DNA of 33,564 nucleotides, taken from assembly GCA_002633005.1 (NCBI GenBank), contig NMRA01000079.1, positions 157,326 through 190,889 on the forward strand. The letters run 5' to 3'. Under the pieces are notes generated by a model. That model was not told the DNA's origin, searched no databases, and worked only from the letters and a program-made list of their open reading frames with translations. A program made the position numbers and the translations under genes. Source of the DNA: Phoronis australis. Its lineage: Eukaryota > Animalia > Phoronida. Below, piece by piece: positions 23,362-33,564 of this stretch; the first letter of the stretch is position 1; every line of letters begins with the position of its first letter.

Positions 23362-23980
23362 AGGAGAATGCCACCCAAAATACAACCTATTTTGTATCAG
23401 TTTAGATCGAGTTGTTCCAATCGATTACAGCAAGTTCGATTCTATTACCTGACAAATGATGGCAGACGGAAATGTTGAAATTAACCAATGACGTCACAGG
23501 TTCGAACGCAGTCTGTTCAGTAGTTCACAACACGCTTGCTAGTGTCAGCTTATCGCTTGAATTAATCGTTTTACACCGATAAATCATCGAAATTCGATGT
23601 AATACTCTTACAAACACATCGAGTTCTTGAAAAAACGTGTTATTTTATTTCGCTGTTACGGATTTATAGTTATTCGAAAGTACCATGGCCTACAAAGTTC
23701 GCCGGTTAGGCCAATGTACCAAAGTAGGTCGCGGGAGTTTGGGTTCGATGATAAATTCGAATTATTCTTCCGTGAAATATATACAGGAGATCATAGCTGT
23801 GTTCTATTTTAAGACTTGGAATTTTTTCAGGCCTCAGTGTTATCCCGGTTAGTGGCTAGGAACCCGATCAGGCCCGTCGTGGCCGGATTGATATCACGAA
23901 CATAAACTAGCCAAAGTTGGAGACTAAACTTTCCAGTGAGTCACAGAAATGACGTGCACGTGATTATTTTGTTGAATTAG
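23362..23980 (+). mobile_element. Kolobok-like non-autonomous DNA transposon end (ttaa|AGGAGAATGCCACCC...)
   Basis: TTAA at 23358-23361 followed by an AGG terminus; inverted homolog at 8855-9532. Confidence 0.7.
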
Positions 23981-25237
23981 CCGCGAAACTGCAAATGTAC
24001 TTACTCGTCGGGGGTCGCGAAGTGCAGGTTCCCCTTCCAGAGAAGCGTCAGGGCAAAAGTTGTACAGTAACAATGATTCGAGTAATGTACATGTATATCA
24101 AAATAAAGATTCCCCTAACATCTGATCCTAGCATATAAAGTCGAATTATTGTTTCACAACAGCTTTCTGTCTGCAAACACAGAATTAGCATGCGCTCACA
24201 CGGCCTTGGTGCCCGGTCTATTAGCTTTATTGCATCTCAAGCTGGTAACGCAGTGATTTGTTCATTGGTGGCTTCTCAAAACATTTGCACTCATGAACAC
24301 TCCAAAGGCATTACAAGTTTTATCTAATGAGACAGTCTTTGATACTTCGTTGTTTCAGTTTTATATTAGCATTGGTTTGGGTGAGAATAACTCATTTTGA
24401 AACACTATGAGAACGCTCAATAACAAACGTAGATGATTCACAGCCTCACCTTGGTATTAACGGCGTACTTTTCATTTCTTACTACGCGAGCCACTTCCGA
24501 AGCATTTCGGGCTCTCGAGGAAGTCAAAAAATGATATTCCCGCTTTCCTCGCAGCTTCATAGTTCGCCAATCGGCAACGATATACCACACCATAGCGGCA
24601 CTCACTCTCCAGAAGAACCACTGACGTCGCTGCATCGTTTACGCACCTTCCACACAGGTTAATGCGACACCTCTCGGCGAGCTAAGAGTGGGAAAACGTT
24701 CGTAGAGATTGAATGAGCAAGTTACCTACATCAGTTGGTGTAATGTGGCTTTTGTTCGTGAGAAACAGGTCACACTTGTCACTGCTACTTCATGTTAGGT
24801 TACCATCGTGATTGATGACAGGGTGTTGGTGACTGTCCCGTATTTCATTGTAATATTCCGGTATTCTTTGGAATTCTTGCTTTCATTGTTGTGAAAAAAG
24901 CTTTTGGCGGTGATCAGCTTTGGCTTGATTTACTTAAGTCTCTACCAGGCGTGACTGGTAATTGTATCTGTTGTAGATGATTACAATGCTGTTTGATCTT
25001 CTCAACAGGCTGTAATGTCTGCTTCTTTTAGTTGCGCGAATTGCCCGTTTAATATTATTGTTGAACCACGGTGGGCTGTTGTGTTTGATTATCTTTTTTC
25101 TCACATGACCTGGAATGTGTTACGACACGACTGGTTAATAACACTGATTATACCACAATATTAGCGTCAAATGGCAGATACAACCGTGTAATAACCCATA
25201 AAGTTATCTCACTAGTGAGATAACAATTTGGCGGGAA

Positions 25238-25309
25238 ACCGAGGACGGAGTCGAACTCGGGACCTTGAAATTGCTGGTCGCCGACTTTACCACTACAACG
25301 TGCAGCGAC
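25238..25309 (-). pseudogene. tRNA-derived sequence (pseudo-tRNA / SINE head)
   Basis: Minus-strand D-loop-like TGTAGTGGTAA and T-loop GAGTTCGACTCC (25258-25247) at tRNA spacing. The anticodon and acceptor stems do not pair well. Confidence 0.55.
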
Positions 25310-25580
25310 TGACGTCATCAAGAGTGAAACTAGAATACTTAAAGTCCTTCTCTCACGCGTTGTTAACCCTTAGGCATGGTTAGAAGATGTTAAGGATCCA
25401 AGAAGTACCTACCCCATAACTAATACACGATCCGTACTCGAAAACAGTTTAAATGAACGCGCCACTCACGATTCGCACCCGAAGAAACACCGCCATTTTG
25501 AACTTGCCGCGAACCCCGGCCGAGAAAACGCCGTCAGTGTGACTGGAGCAGTGCCTGTACTGTTACCAGCCAGCAAACGG

Positions 25581-26053
25581 NNNNNNNNNNNNNNNNNNNN
25601 NNNNNNNNNNNNNNNNNNNNNNNNNNNNNNNNNNNNNNNNNNNNNNNNNNNNNNNNNNNNNNNNNNNNNNNNNNNNNNNNNNNNNNNNNNNNNNNNNNNN
25701 NNNNNNNNNNNNNNNNNNNNNNNNNNNNNNNNNNNNNNNNNNNNNNNNNNNNNNNNNNNNNNNNNNNNNNNNNNNNNNNNNNNNNNNNNNNNNNNNNNNN
25801 NNNNNNNNNNNNNNNNNNNNNNNNNNNNNNNNNNNNNNNNNNNNNNNNNNNNNNNNNNNNNNNNNNNNNNNNNNNNNNNNNNNNNNNNNNNNNNNNNNNN
25901 NNNNNNNNNNNNNNNNNNNNNNNNNNNNNNNNNNNNNNNNNNNNNNNNNNNNNNNNNNNNNNNNNNNNNNNNNNNNNNNNNNNNNNNNNNNNNNNNNNNN
26001 NNNNNNNNNNNNNNNNNNNNNNNNNNNNNNNNNNNNNNNNNNNNNNNNNNNNN
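25581..26053. other. Assembly gap (473 N)
   Basis: Run of n. Confidence 1.
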
Positions 26054-26545
26054 ATATATTACTAATAAAACAAAATAATGAAGACTTTTCGAGCAAGCCA
26101 TAGCACATTCAGTTACAAGGAAAAAATGGCGGCGTTCAGGACAAGTTCCTGAACTGATGAGCCGGAAATGTGGGTACGGAAATAACCGAAGACAACCGGT
26201 AATCATACGCTCAGAGAGAAGGGTCAAATACTGTTAAAAAATCGCTTTTGGCAAGAAAGGCGAAAAGAATATAAAGAAAGGGTGTCGAAAATAAGAATTT
26301 ATGTAGTAAGTATTTTCGGATACTGGAACTACATGGGCAGTTTGCAAGAAGGACTTTAAGCACATGAAAATTTGAATACAGAAGATTCGATGCCACTTTG
26401 CGGTAGACAATTTTTCCCTTGTGCGACTGCGCACATTTGTCATTATGACGTTAGCTGTTTGTCCAATTCGCTCTGTCAACAATACTTAAGGAGACAGTTT
26501 GTAAAAATCGAAAACCTAAAATATGAAGAAGCACCAGTTAAAAAG

Positions 26546-28246
26546 ATGTGGTTTCCTCTTGTTTCGTCGCTAATGTTCTTGCTACTTTGCCTACCCGAGA
26601 CAGATTCACGGGGCTGCCCGCTAGATATTATCATTATTTTTGACGGTTCCGGATCTATAGCACAATCTGAATATGTGAATCTTCAATACTTCTTAAAAAA
26701 ACTCATCAGTCGATTTAATCTGGGAAACACTATGATTGCCGTCTGGCAATTTTCAGGAGGCGTCATAGACCAAAGATCAGGAAGGAGATTTAATTACCAC
26801 AAAATATTTGACCTAGAGGATCAAATCTCTCTGCCAGAAATGAAAAGACGAATAGAAAAGGAGATGAAAATGAACGGCAAAACTTACACGGGCACCGTTT
26901 TGAATGAGGCTAGGGTCAACGGTTTTTCTTTGGGACGTCCAGATGTGGCAAAAATGGTGATGACAATTACAGACGGCGAATCCAATGACGTGGGAAAGGG
27001 CCGAAACGTCGATAAAACAGCAATAAACCAGGCGCAACTGATGGCGGAAAGTGGAATGCTACTGATCAGCATTGCTATTAAAATATACGGATCTAGAGCT
27101 TCCTTCTTTAATAAGCAAGACGCAATGGCGGAAGTGAAAGCATTGGGGGTCAATGGTTTCTACTTTGTCAGTTCCTTTGAATCCTTACATGAGGATGCAC
27201 TGTTCTATGCTATCGATAAGAACATAGTGGAGTCGTGCTGGTGCAAAGTGGGAAATGGTCCAAGTGGTATTGACTGTGCTAGTAAACCGAAGTGCGGAAT
27301 ATTTGACGATTCGGGCAAGTCTGTCGTTGATGGCACCGTGTGTACGCAGACAGTGCCTCCGAACGCAAAGCCACCTGAAACAACGACAACGAATGTAACA
27401 GGTGTACCACCGTTCGTTCCCCCCAAGCTGGCAGACAGCTTACCGACTTGGCTTTGGTATCTTCTTATTCCGTTCCTCTTACTTCCTCTACTGTGTTTGC
27501 TGAAGAAGTGTTTAAGCGGTGGGAATCAGAAATTTCGCTGTTCAGCCACAACGCGCAAAAAGCAACGAAAATCTACTGTAACAGTGATAAAACAAAAACC
27601 CCCGAAAACAAAAGAAATAATAAAAACCGTCTATGTGGTGAAAAAGGAGAAGCCTGTGCGGCATGAAAGCCAAATAAGCGTCGCGTCCGCTCCAAAGAAG
27701 AAGAAGAAAAAGAAGAAACCTCCACCACCCCCTCCGCCAGATTCCTCCGACGAAGAATTAGACTATCCGCCTCCACAATCAGTTAAATCAAAGAAAAGGA
27801 AAAATAAAAAGAAGCCTCCGCCACCGGAGTCTGAATCCTCTGATGAAGAACCAGTTAACCCAAAGCGGGGGAATAAGAAAAAAAGCCTCCGCCACCGGAG
27901 CAAGAATCCTCTGATGAAGAACCAGTTATCCCAAATAAAAAGAAAAAAAAAGCCTCCGCCACCGGAGCCTGAATCTTCTGATGAAGAACCAGTTAACCCA
28001 AATAAAAAGAAAAAAAAACCTCCGCCACCGCAGCCTGAATCCTCTGATGAAGAGCCAGTTAAGCCTCCGGAGCCTCCTGAAGAGCCTCCTCCGGAATCTT
28101 CCGAAGATGAGGAGATTGATGTACTTGGCGGCCCACAGCCAATTCCTTCCCAAGTTGGTCCACCACCGTCTGAAAGAATCAACTGGAAAGACAATTTTGT
28201 AGATTCAATGAACAGCGTATTTGTGCCAGCATCGTTTAGACACTAG
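26546..28246 (+). CDS. Intronless vWA (MIDAS) type-I membrane protein, anthrax-toxin-receptor-like, about 566 aa
   Basis: Signal peptide MWFPLVSSLMFLLLCLPETDS; vWA at 26615-27238 with DGSGS, GKTYT and ITDG; Cys-rich module; T/P stalk; TM WLWYLLIPFLLLPLLCLL at 27449-27502; K/P/E-rich cytoplasmic tail. Confidence 0.85.
   Translation: MWFPLVSSLMFLLLCLPETDSRGCPLDIIIIFDGSGSIAQSEYVNLQYFLKKLISRFNLGNTMIAVWQFSGGVIDQRSGRRFNYHKIFDLEDQISLPEMKRRIEKEMKMNGKTYTGTVLNEARVNGFSLGRPDVAKMVMTITDGESNDVGKGRNVDKTAINQAQLMAESGMLLISIAIKIYGSRASFFNKQDAMAEVKALGVNGFYFVSSFESLHEDALFYAIDKNIVESCWCKVGNGPSGIDCASKPKCGIFDDSGKSVVDGTVCTQTVPPNAKPPETTTTNVTGVPPFVPPKLADSLPTWLWYLLIPFLLLPLLCLLKKCLSGGNQKFRCSATTRKKQRKSTVTVIKQKPPKTKEIIKTVYVVKKEKPVRHESQISVASAPKKKKKKKKPPPPPPPDSSDEELDYPPPQSVKSKKRKNKKKPPPPESESSDEEPVNPKRGNKKKSLRHRSKNPLMKNQLSQIKRKKKPPPPEPESSDEEPVNPNKKKKKPPPPQPESSDEEPVKPPEPPEEPPPESSEDEEIDVLGGPQPIPSQVGPPPSERINWKDNFVDSMNSVFVPASFRH
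27694..28115 (+). repeat. Coding tandem repeats KKKKPPPPxxESSDEEPVxP (about 6 units)
   Basis: The DNA unit AAGCCTCCGCCACCGGAGnnnGAATCCTCTGATGAAGAACCAGTTA recurs. Confidence 0.9.
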
Positions 28247-28410
28247 CAAACAATCGTGTGACCAGCGTGTGCGTCGCAGTAAGATGTTACGTTAGGTGTA
28301 ACATTCAGCATAGTGATGCCGATCCGTAGTCGTTGGACACTTATTTTGAGTTCGCTCAAAAGTAGAGTAAAAATGCCGAGAATAATGTCACTTTTGAATT
28401 CGAGCCCAGG

Positions 28411-28586
28411 TCACGAGACCATCAGATCTCCCGAGACCATCGGATCTCTCGAGACCATCAGATCTCCCAAGACCATCAGATCTCACGAGACCATCAGATC
28501 TCCCGAGACCATCAGATCTCCCGAGACCATCAGTTCTCCCGAGACCATCAGATCTCCCGAGACCATCAGATCTCCCGAGACTATCA
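28411..28586. repeat. 18-bp minisatellite (TCCCGAGACCATCAGATC), about 10 copies
   Basis: Directly visible, 165 nt downstream of the vWA gene stop. Confidence 0.95.
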
Positions 28587-29801
28587 TGCTCAATGCTGAA
28601 CTTTCGTGGAGTAGCGTGCATTGCCTGTCACGTAGTGAATTTGACTTCAGGAAAGCTGGAAAATATTTCTGAAAAGGGCCCTTGTAACAAAATTTTCCCG
28701 TTCCTCAAAGTGTACTTTTTAATAAGGAATATTTCAGTGATTCTACAAGACATGAGCGTGACTCAAGCCCTGGAATGTCAACTCCTGCACATGACCTATG
28801 TATTCTACTAATAGAGCTTGCGGCCCCGAGTTAGCTGCGAGAGTTTGCACTGGAAATTTCCGGCTTTCTGAGTTTTGATCGAATATGGTAGTTACTGTAT
28901 CAAATCAAGCCTAATGGTGGTTTTGCAGTCTTATCAATTGTCGATTCCTCCCCTTAAGTATTTTACGGATAGAATCCACATTTGGTTTCTGAGTGTTCAG
29001 CAATTATAGGCCTAAACTACATATATTATTGCCAGAAAGTGAGACTTTTTGTGCTCTGAAACTGAAAAGAATTTCTTGAAAAATGTAGGAAAAAACATTT
29101 TGAAAATTAGTTGACCTTTGCACTCCTTGACTACTTCTGGTGCGTTGTGAGTCAAAAGTATATTATCTTTTAAAATTAGTGGATGACTCAAACCTACGTG
29201 GGAAGTTTTAAATTTTAATATAATTGCTTTGTAAAACTTGAGAATAATATCGAATACTTTGTGTTTCTGACAATGCATTTGCCAATTGCCCTGCTCTCGG
29301 CAGACGGTCCCACTTTTTGAATTTTTTCCGCCGTCCCGCCACACCATCAAAATGACCGCTTTTTGGCACACGGCCACATTGACACATCGTATAGTATTGA
29401 AACTTTTCTACACGACATAGTCATATTTTCCCAGTAAACTAGAATTACAAAAATGATACGTTTCACGTGGGTATGGGTGAATTGACACACACGGCTTCAA
29501 GTCTATGGGATAATTTGGAGGGACAACCTAGTGGGTCATGTTAGTTTTAAGTTTGTCCTTGTTCGCTTCCACTGAATTTGACTTGATGCCGGGTCTGTTG
29601 GCCCGACTAAAGCAATCACAGTGCGCCAATGAAATTGTTTTTTAGTCACCCCTGCTTGTATTCTCCCAAGGGTGTTTCAGTCATTCGTGTGGTACCTACT
29701 GGGTCTTTGTACCGACAAGGCCTTATTTTGTTCAATGGCGATAGATTGGTCTCTAATTTTGGCTTCATAACCCTCATTTGTCCCCTTCCTTATTGCCGTC
29801 C

Positions 29802-29952
29802 CATGGGCGGCGCAACATTGAAATATTTGGGGGATATAGCCTCACAGCCCCGCTTTGGGTGTGCCGCCCATGTCCGTGGGCGGAGCACCATTGATATAAG
29901 TGGGGGCTATACAGTTGTAGCCCCCCCAAGCCCCCCTTTCAGATGCGCCGCT
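29802..29952. repeat. Two tandem GC-rich mini-TIR elements (CATGGGCGGCGCA...TGTGCCGCCCATG)
   Basis: A 12/13 inverted repeat bounds 29802-29872. The second unit (29875-29952) has GGGGGCTATA...TAGCCCCC. Confidence 0.65.
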
Positions 29953-32900
29953 AAGTCAAAATGTGTACCATGCTCGGCGATTGGCTGTTACATGGTATTA
30001 ACACAGTTTTGCTAAAAAACTAAAGTACATAAGACACCATGCGATCCAATAGTGACAATCTCACGCGCCCCTGTCGCGCTTGAAAAGGCGGGTCGTCCTG
30101 AATTTGTACCGCCCCCTTTCCAAACCAAATAAAAACGCCTTGTGTTGCGTTTGCAAGAAATTGGATTTCATTTTGTATCAAAAGATGCTAAATTTTAAAA
30201 TCACGTATTAAAGAGTCCTGGAACCGGCGCGATAAACAGACTAAATTGTAATATTAAAAGTATTTTTCTGTCATTGAAACAGAATTCACCCTGCTCACCA
30301 GGTATTTTTAGTGTTTGTTTTTAAATATTTTTTAACTTATATTCTTGTCAAAGCATAATATTTTAGTTTCAAAATTCACAAAAAAATGATTTGTCAACTG
30401 ACCGCCACTTCCTCGATTTTTCTCTCACAAGGGAAAGCTCGTTTCATTATATGGTATGGAAAGAAAGTCGAAGCGCATTTCCCTTATATGGAAAATGTGG
30501 CATTTGTCCTCTAGAGACTTCAAGCAAATGACTGTGAGTACATTAATCAAAAGTGGGAGGGAGATTAGAAACTTTGTGGTAACCACAGTGTTTTTTCTTC
30601 GCCCGCGTATTTCAAAAATCGTGAATTCTGTGATTTTCTTCTGGAAATTTCCTTACAGGGGAAAGTGAATTACTCTAAACGAGACATTGTGTGATGTTGC
30701 TTTTGACAGGAATTTTTATAACAGATTTTTTACGAGCTTTCGCGTCCCATGCTTTTTCAAAAGAGAACTGAATAAATTGTTGCATGGTTTTGTATGAGTT
30801 GTTGATTGCTTTCATTAATAATTCAACAGCAAAAAGTAAACGTGCATTTTTATAACGAAACTGAAATAATTGGTTCGAGTAGTTCCATAATCACCACCTT
30901 GGAGCGCTGCTTCTCGGCGTGGCGTAATTGGAGGGCAAAGTCACAAAGTCAGAGTTCTATTTTATAATGTGCACTCAAGTGGCGTTCTTCATTGTCGTAA
31001 AAAAGAAATTTTAGTGCGAACTGTCGGGTCGCCACGGATCATACCTGTTTGAGCAAAATATCTTGGAATCAACCGGCACTCATCTTGTTTGTTGCAGCTG
31101 TTTAAGTGGGAAACATTCTAAACGTCATTTTCTCGCGTAATTCTCCGTCGTTTGTAACAATGCAAAGTCCGTTGTCCGTTTAGAAAAACAGTAGGCCTAC
31201 GCTCGTGACACGCGCACCGCTTGCCAATTCCAAAAATTTTGACATCTTCTAAAACAGTACTGAACGAAATGAAATCAGTTTCGATAATTTGTTTTGGTAC
31301 GTACGCAACCTCGTGGCAGCGAAAAACAGTCGATAGAAGAGTCGGGGAAAAAAGTGCAGTGGTCTCGGCCAGGTGACGCAATCGCCAAATGCCAAAGTAA
31401 AAGAACGCATCATAGTGACAATTTCCGCGTAGCATTGAGCTATGAGCCGAACAAAGACAGAACGCTAAATTTTCCCAACAGCGTTTAATAAGTTAGTTTA
31501 CTCAAGGAAGAGAGTAGTTTCAACGACACTAATTTCGAGTCAGATCTTATTTGTCCAGTTTTTTTTACTCATATCGGCGCAAAGCTGTATTCATTTTTAG
31601 TATACAGCTTTGCACCAAGGCCTACTAGTAGGTCAACCCCCGGCGTGCGATCTCCCTCTCCACAGAAGACGACTTTTTCGAAAGAGTTCGAACAACCAGG
31701 TGCCATGCAAAAAACATAGCAAAGCTTTTACAACAATGTGGAAAACAGTCAAGCAAGAACGGCTGACACAATGATAAAAACACGATGTCAACTCTCGACC
31801 GGCAGAATCGGGCCACAGGCAGACATGTCGATGCCCCACCTATACGTCACTGACATATCAGCCGATTGCTGTCAGGATTTCAGTGTTTTGACAATTGTAT
31901 CAGTTTTTCTTTGGCGTGCAACTCGTGAGTTTTATTTGTTTAGAACTGGTTAACTGTTGCATCTACACTCATCAAGGGTCCATTCTTTGCAGTTCTCTTT
32001 TGCACACCAGGTGTCGCAGCACAAACCTACAGAGGTCTCTGCAAGAGAAAGATGGCTGCCTCCTTGTTGCGTGAGAATGAATTTTTTTCAGGAGTGTTCA
32101 GTTCGTGTTGAAGCAAACTCCCTCCTATTCGTTGTTTAAGAGAATGTCTTGTGTGAGAAATTTTAAAAAATCACCTTTCTCACAGTGAAACCATTTCAGA
32201 CGAACGATTGCTCCAGAGCAGGTTCAGCGCATCCACCAGGCAACTACGTCATTAAGTGTTGCCTTCGCATCCACGGGACTGACACTGCCCAAACGCAAAC
32301 CCGTTTCTAGCCGGTTAGGTATGTTACGATGGTTTTCAAAGATTAAAAATGCCTTTGGAAAATGTACTTGCCGGGTAATAGAAGATGTGCTGTTACCAAA
32401 GGAACAGCATGCCTCTCTGGGTTGCTGCTCTCGATTCTCAGTGGAATTCGAAGGTTGGCAGTGCCTCTACTGCTCTAGTCTCTAGAGGATGTTTGTGTAT
32501 CATCTTGAAGTAATAAAAATGCAAGTCAATTTTTTCACTTATTGGATCTCAGTCAAACTGGCATTAGCAGATTTCACCAATGTCCCTCACTGTTCTTTAG
32601 AAGTATATGTTATTGGAAAATTGTACACACAAGCATGATTTTTCTCAGGTCAATCAAAACTTACTGAAAAGGGATATTGTGTGCCCTGGTGCTGACCTGA
32701 AATTCCTTATCGGTTTGTGTTCTTTTAAAGCTACAAGAATTGCCAGTTTACCTATCCAAAAAGCATGTGCGAATTGTTTTTCCTCATGCAAATATGTGCA
32801 CAATTTTGCCACAAAAAATCTTTTCCTTGGTCTTCTAGTGTACAAAGTATTAGAGAGAAAGGCAATGTTTCAAGAGATATGTATGGACTATTAGAGTATA

Positions 32901-33116
32901 AGAACGGTAAAAGATTTGACCTCAATCATTTTTTTTTCAGTTCAAGTGCCATAGTGTAAAATGTAGGGCATATATTGCGCTTTCATAATCGGTTGACTAA
33001 CAAAAGTAATGAACTAATTAATAAAAAACACAGCTTTATGTAACTATGGCAAGTTCGATTTTTCCTGCAGGCCAATTTTCGTGTTGTATTATAATCTGTT
33101 CTCACCTAATATTTCT

Positions 33117-33134
33117 CAGGGCTTGGAATTTTCC
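33117..33134 (+). mobile_element. Second terminus of the CAGGGCTTGGAAT element family
   Basis: CAGGGCTTGGAATTTTCC is identical (18 bp) to 10300-10317. No matching right end was seen in the window. Confidence 0.55.
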
Positions 33135-33564
33135 TCTTTTAAGAAGATTTCCTCTTTTTTGGTTTCAATTTCCTCCATGCTATGAACAGTCCCTTTAAAT
33201 AAGATTGGTCCTAACCCCGCTCGTCAAGGTAAACGGTGGGGTATGGAAAATTGAACTAGACTGTATTTATCCACCTTGGCTGAGTCGCACTCGGCTCACA
33301 ATCAAAGGGATGCCGCCAAGCTGCTGTATTCATCGAGTCACGAGCGAGGATAATTGGCTTCGCTCATGCGGATATGATCAGCTGATTACAATCTACCTAG
33401 CAGACTGTACTTCTTATGGAGAGAGTTACAAGTAGTTTTTACTGTAATATTTGAAAAGAGGAGCGAAAACAAATATGAGTACAACTTTGAATTTTTCAAA
33501 TCGGCCCAGGATAAGAGATTTTGCAACACAGCAACACTCACGATTACTTTCAATCGGCGCGCAC

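Noticed and set aside
24438-24635. ORF with SRARNxxE, faintly Harbinger-transposase-like
   Set aside because: Too short, no catalytic motifs, and the similarity is not convincing.
26130-26200. Hammerhead-like CTGATGAG...GAAA
   Set aside because: No stem II closing onto CGAAA and no stem I/III pairing.
25466-26227. Long ORFs spanning the N run
   Set aside because: Artefacts of translating the assembly gap.
26372-26545. N-terminal 58 aa of the supplied 624-aa ORF
   Set aside because: TTG start; the signal peptide begins at the ATG at 26546.
27763-28194. Gly/Ser/Phe-rich minus-strand ORFs
   Set aside because: Antisense shadow of the Pro/Lys repeats of the vWA gene.
26546-28246. Apicomplexan TRAP-like or contaminant origin of the vWA gene
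   Set aside because: No TSR domain or subterminal Trp, and the flanks share repeat families with the rest of the window (29802 versus 22630, 33117 versus 10300).
28313-28672. ORFs with ETIRSP / GRSDGL repeats
   Set aside because: They are translations of a stop-free 18-bp minisatellite, with no other coding evidence.
31050-31180. THAP-like FRMFP on the minus strand
   Set aside because: Lacks the C2CH spacing and the conserved W, and is interrupted by stops.

Overview
This is intron-containing animal genomic DNA, probably from an invertebrate; the taxon cannot be fixed from the sequence. A 473-N scaffold gap lies at 25581-26053. The window holds: (1) upstream exons of a minus-strand CCDC192-like coiled-coil gene running off the left edge; (2) a complete 5-exon KRTCAP2/KCP2 oligosaccharyltransferase-subunit gene (+, 8361-13254, 135 aa); (3) an uncharacterised minus-strand basic protein of about 247 aa built from about five 'E-x-x-x-I-x-x-R-L-x-x-P-T-x-S'-like repeats (17135-17878); (4) an apparently functional, slightly variant U1 snRNA gene (minus, 18512-18677) just upstream of gene 3 on the same strand, followed by an ATG and GTGAGT donor that would splice in frame into gene 3; (5) an intronless vWA/MIDAS type-I membrane protein (ANTXR-like, 26546-28246) with an amplified Lys/Pro/acidic tail, one repeat of which is read in a shifted frame. 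Much of the rest is non-autonomous DNA transposons (TA-flanked Tc1/mariner-like, CAGGG-ended hAT-like, TTAA Kolobok-like), mini-hairpin elements, tRNA-derived fragments, minisatellites and a 405-bp insertion with a 15-bp target-site duplication. Most short ORFs in the supplied track are spurious.
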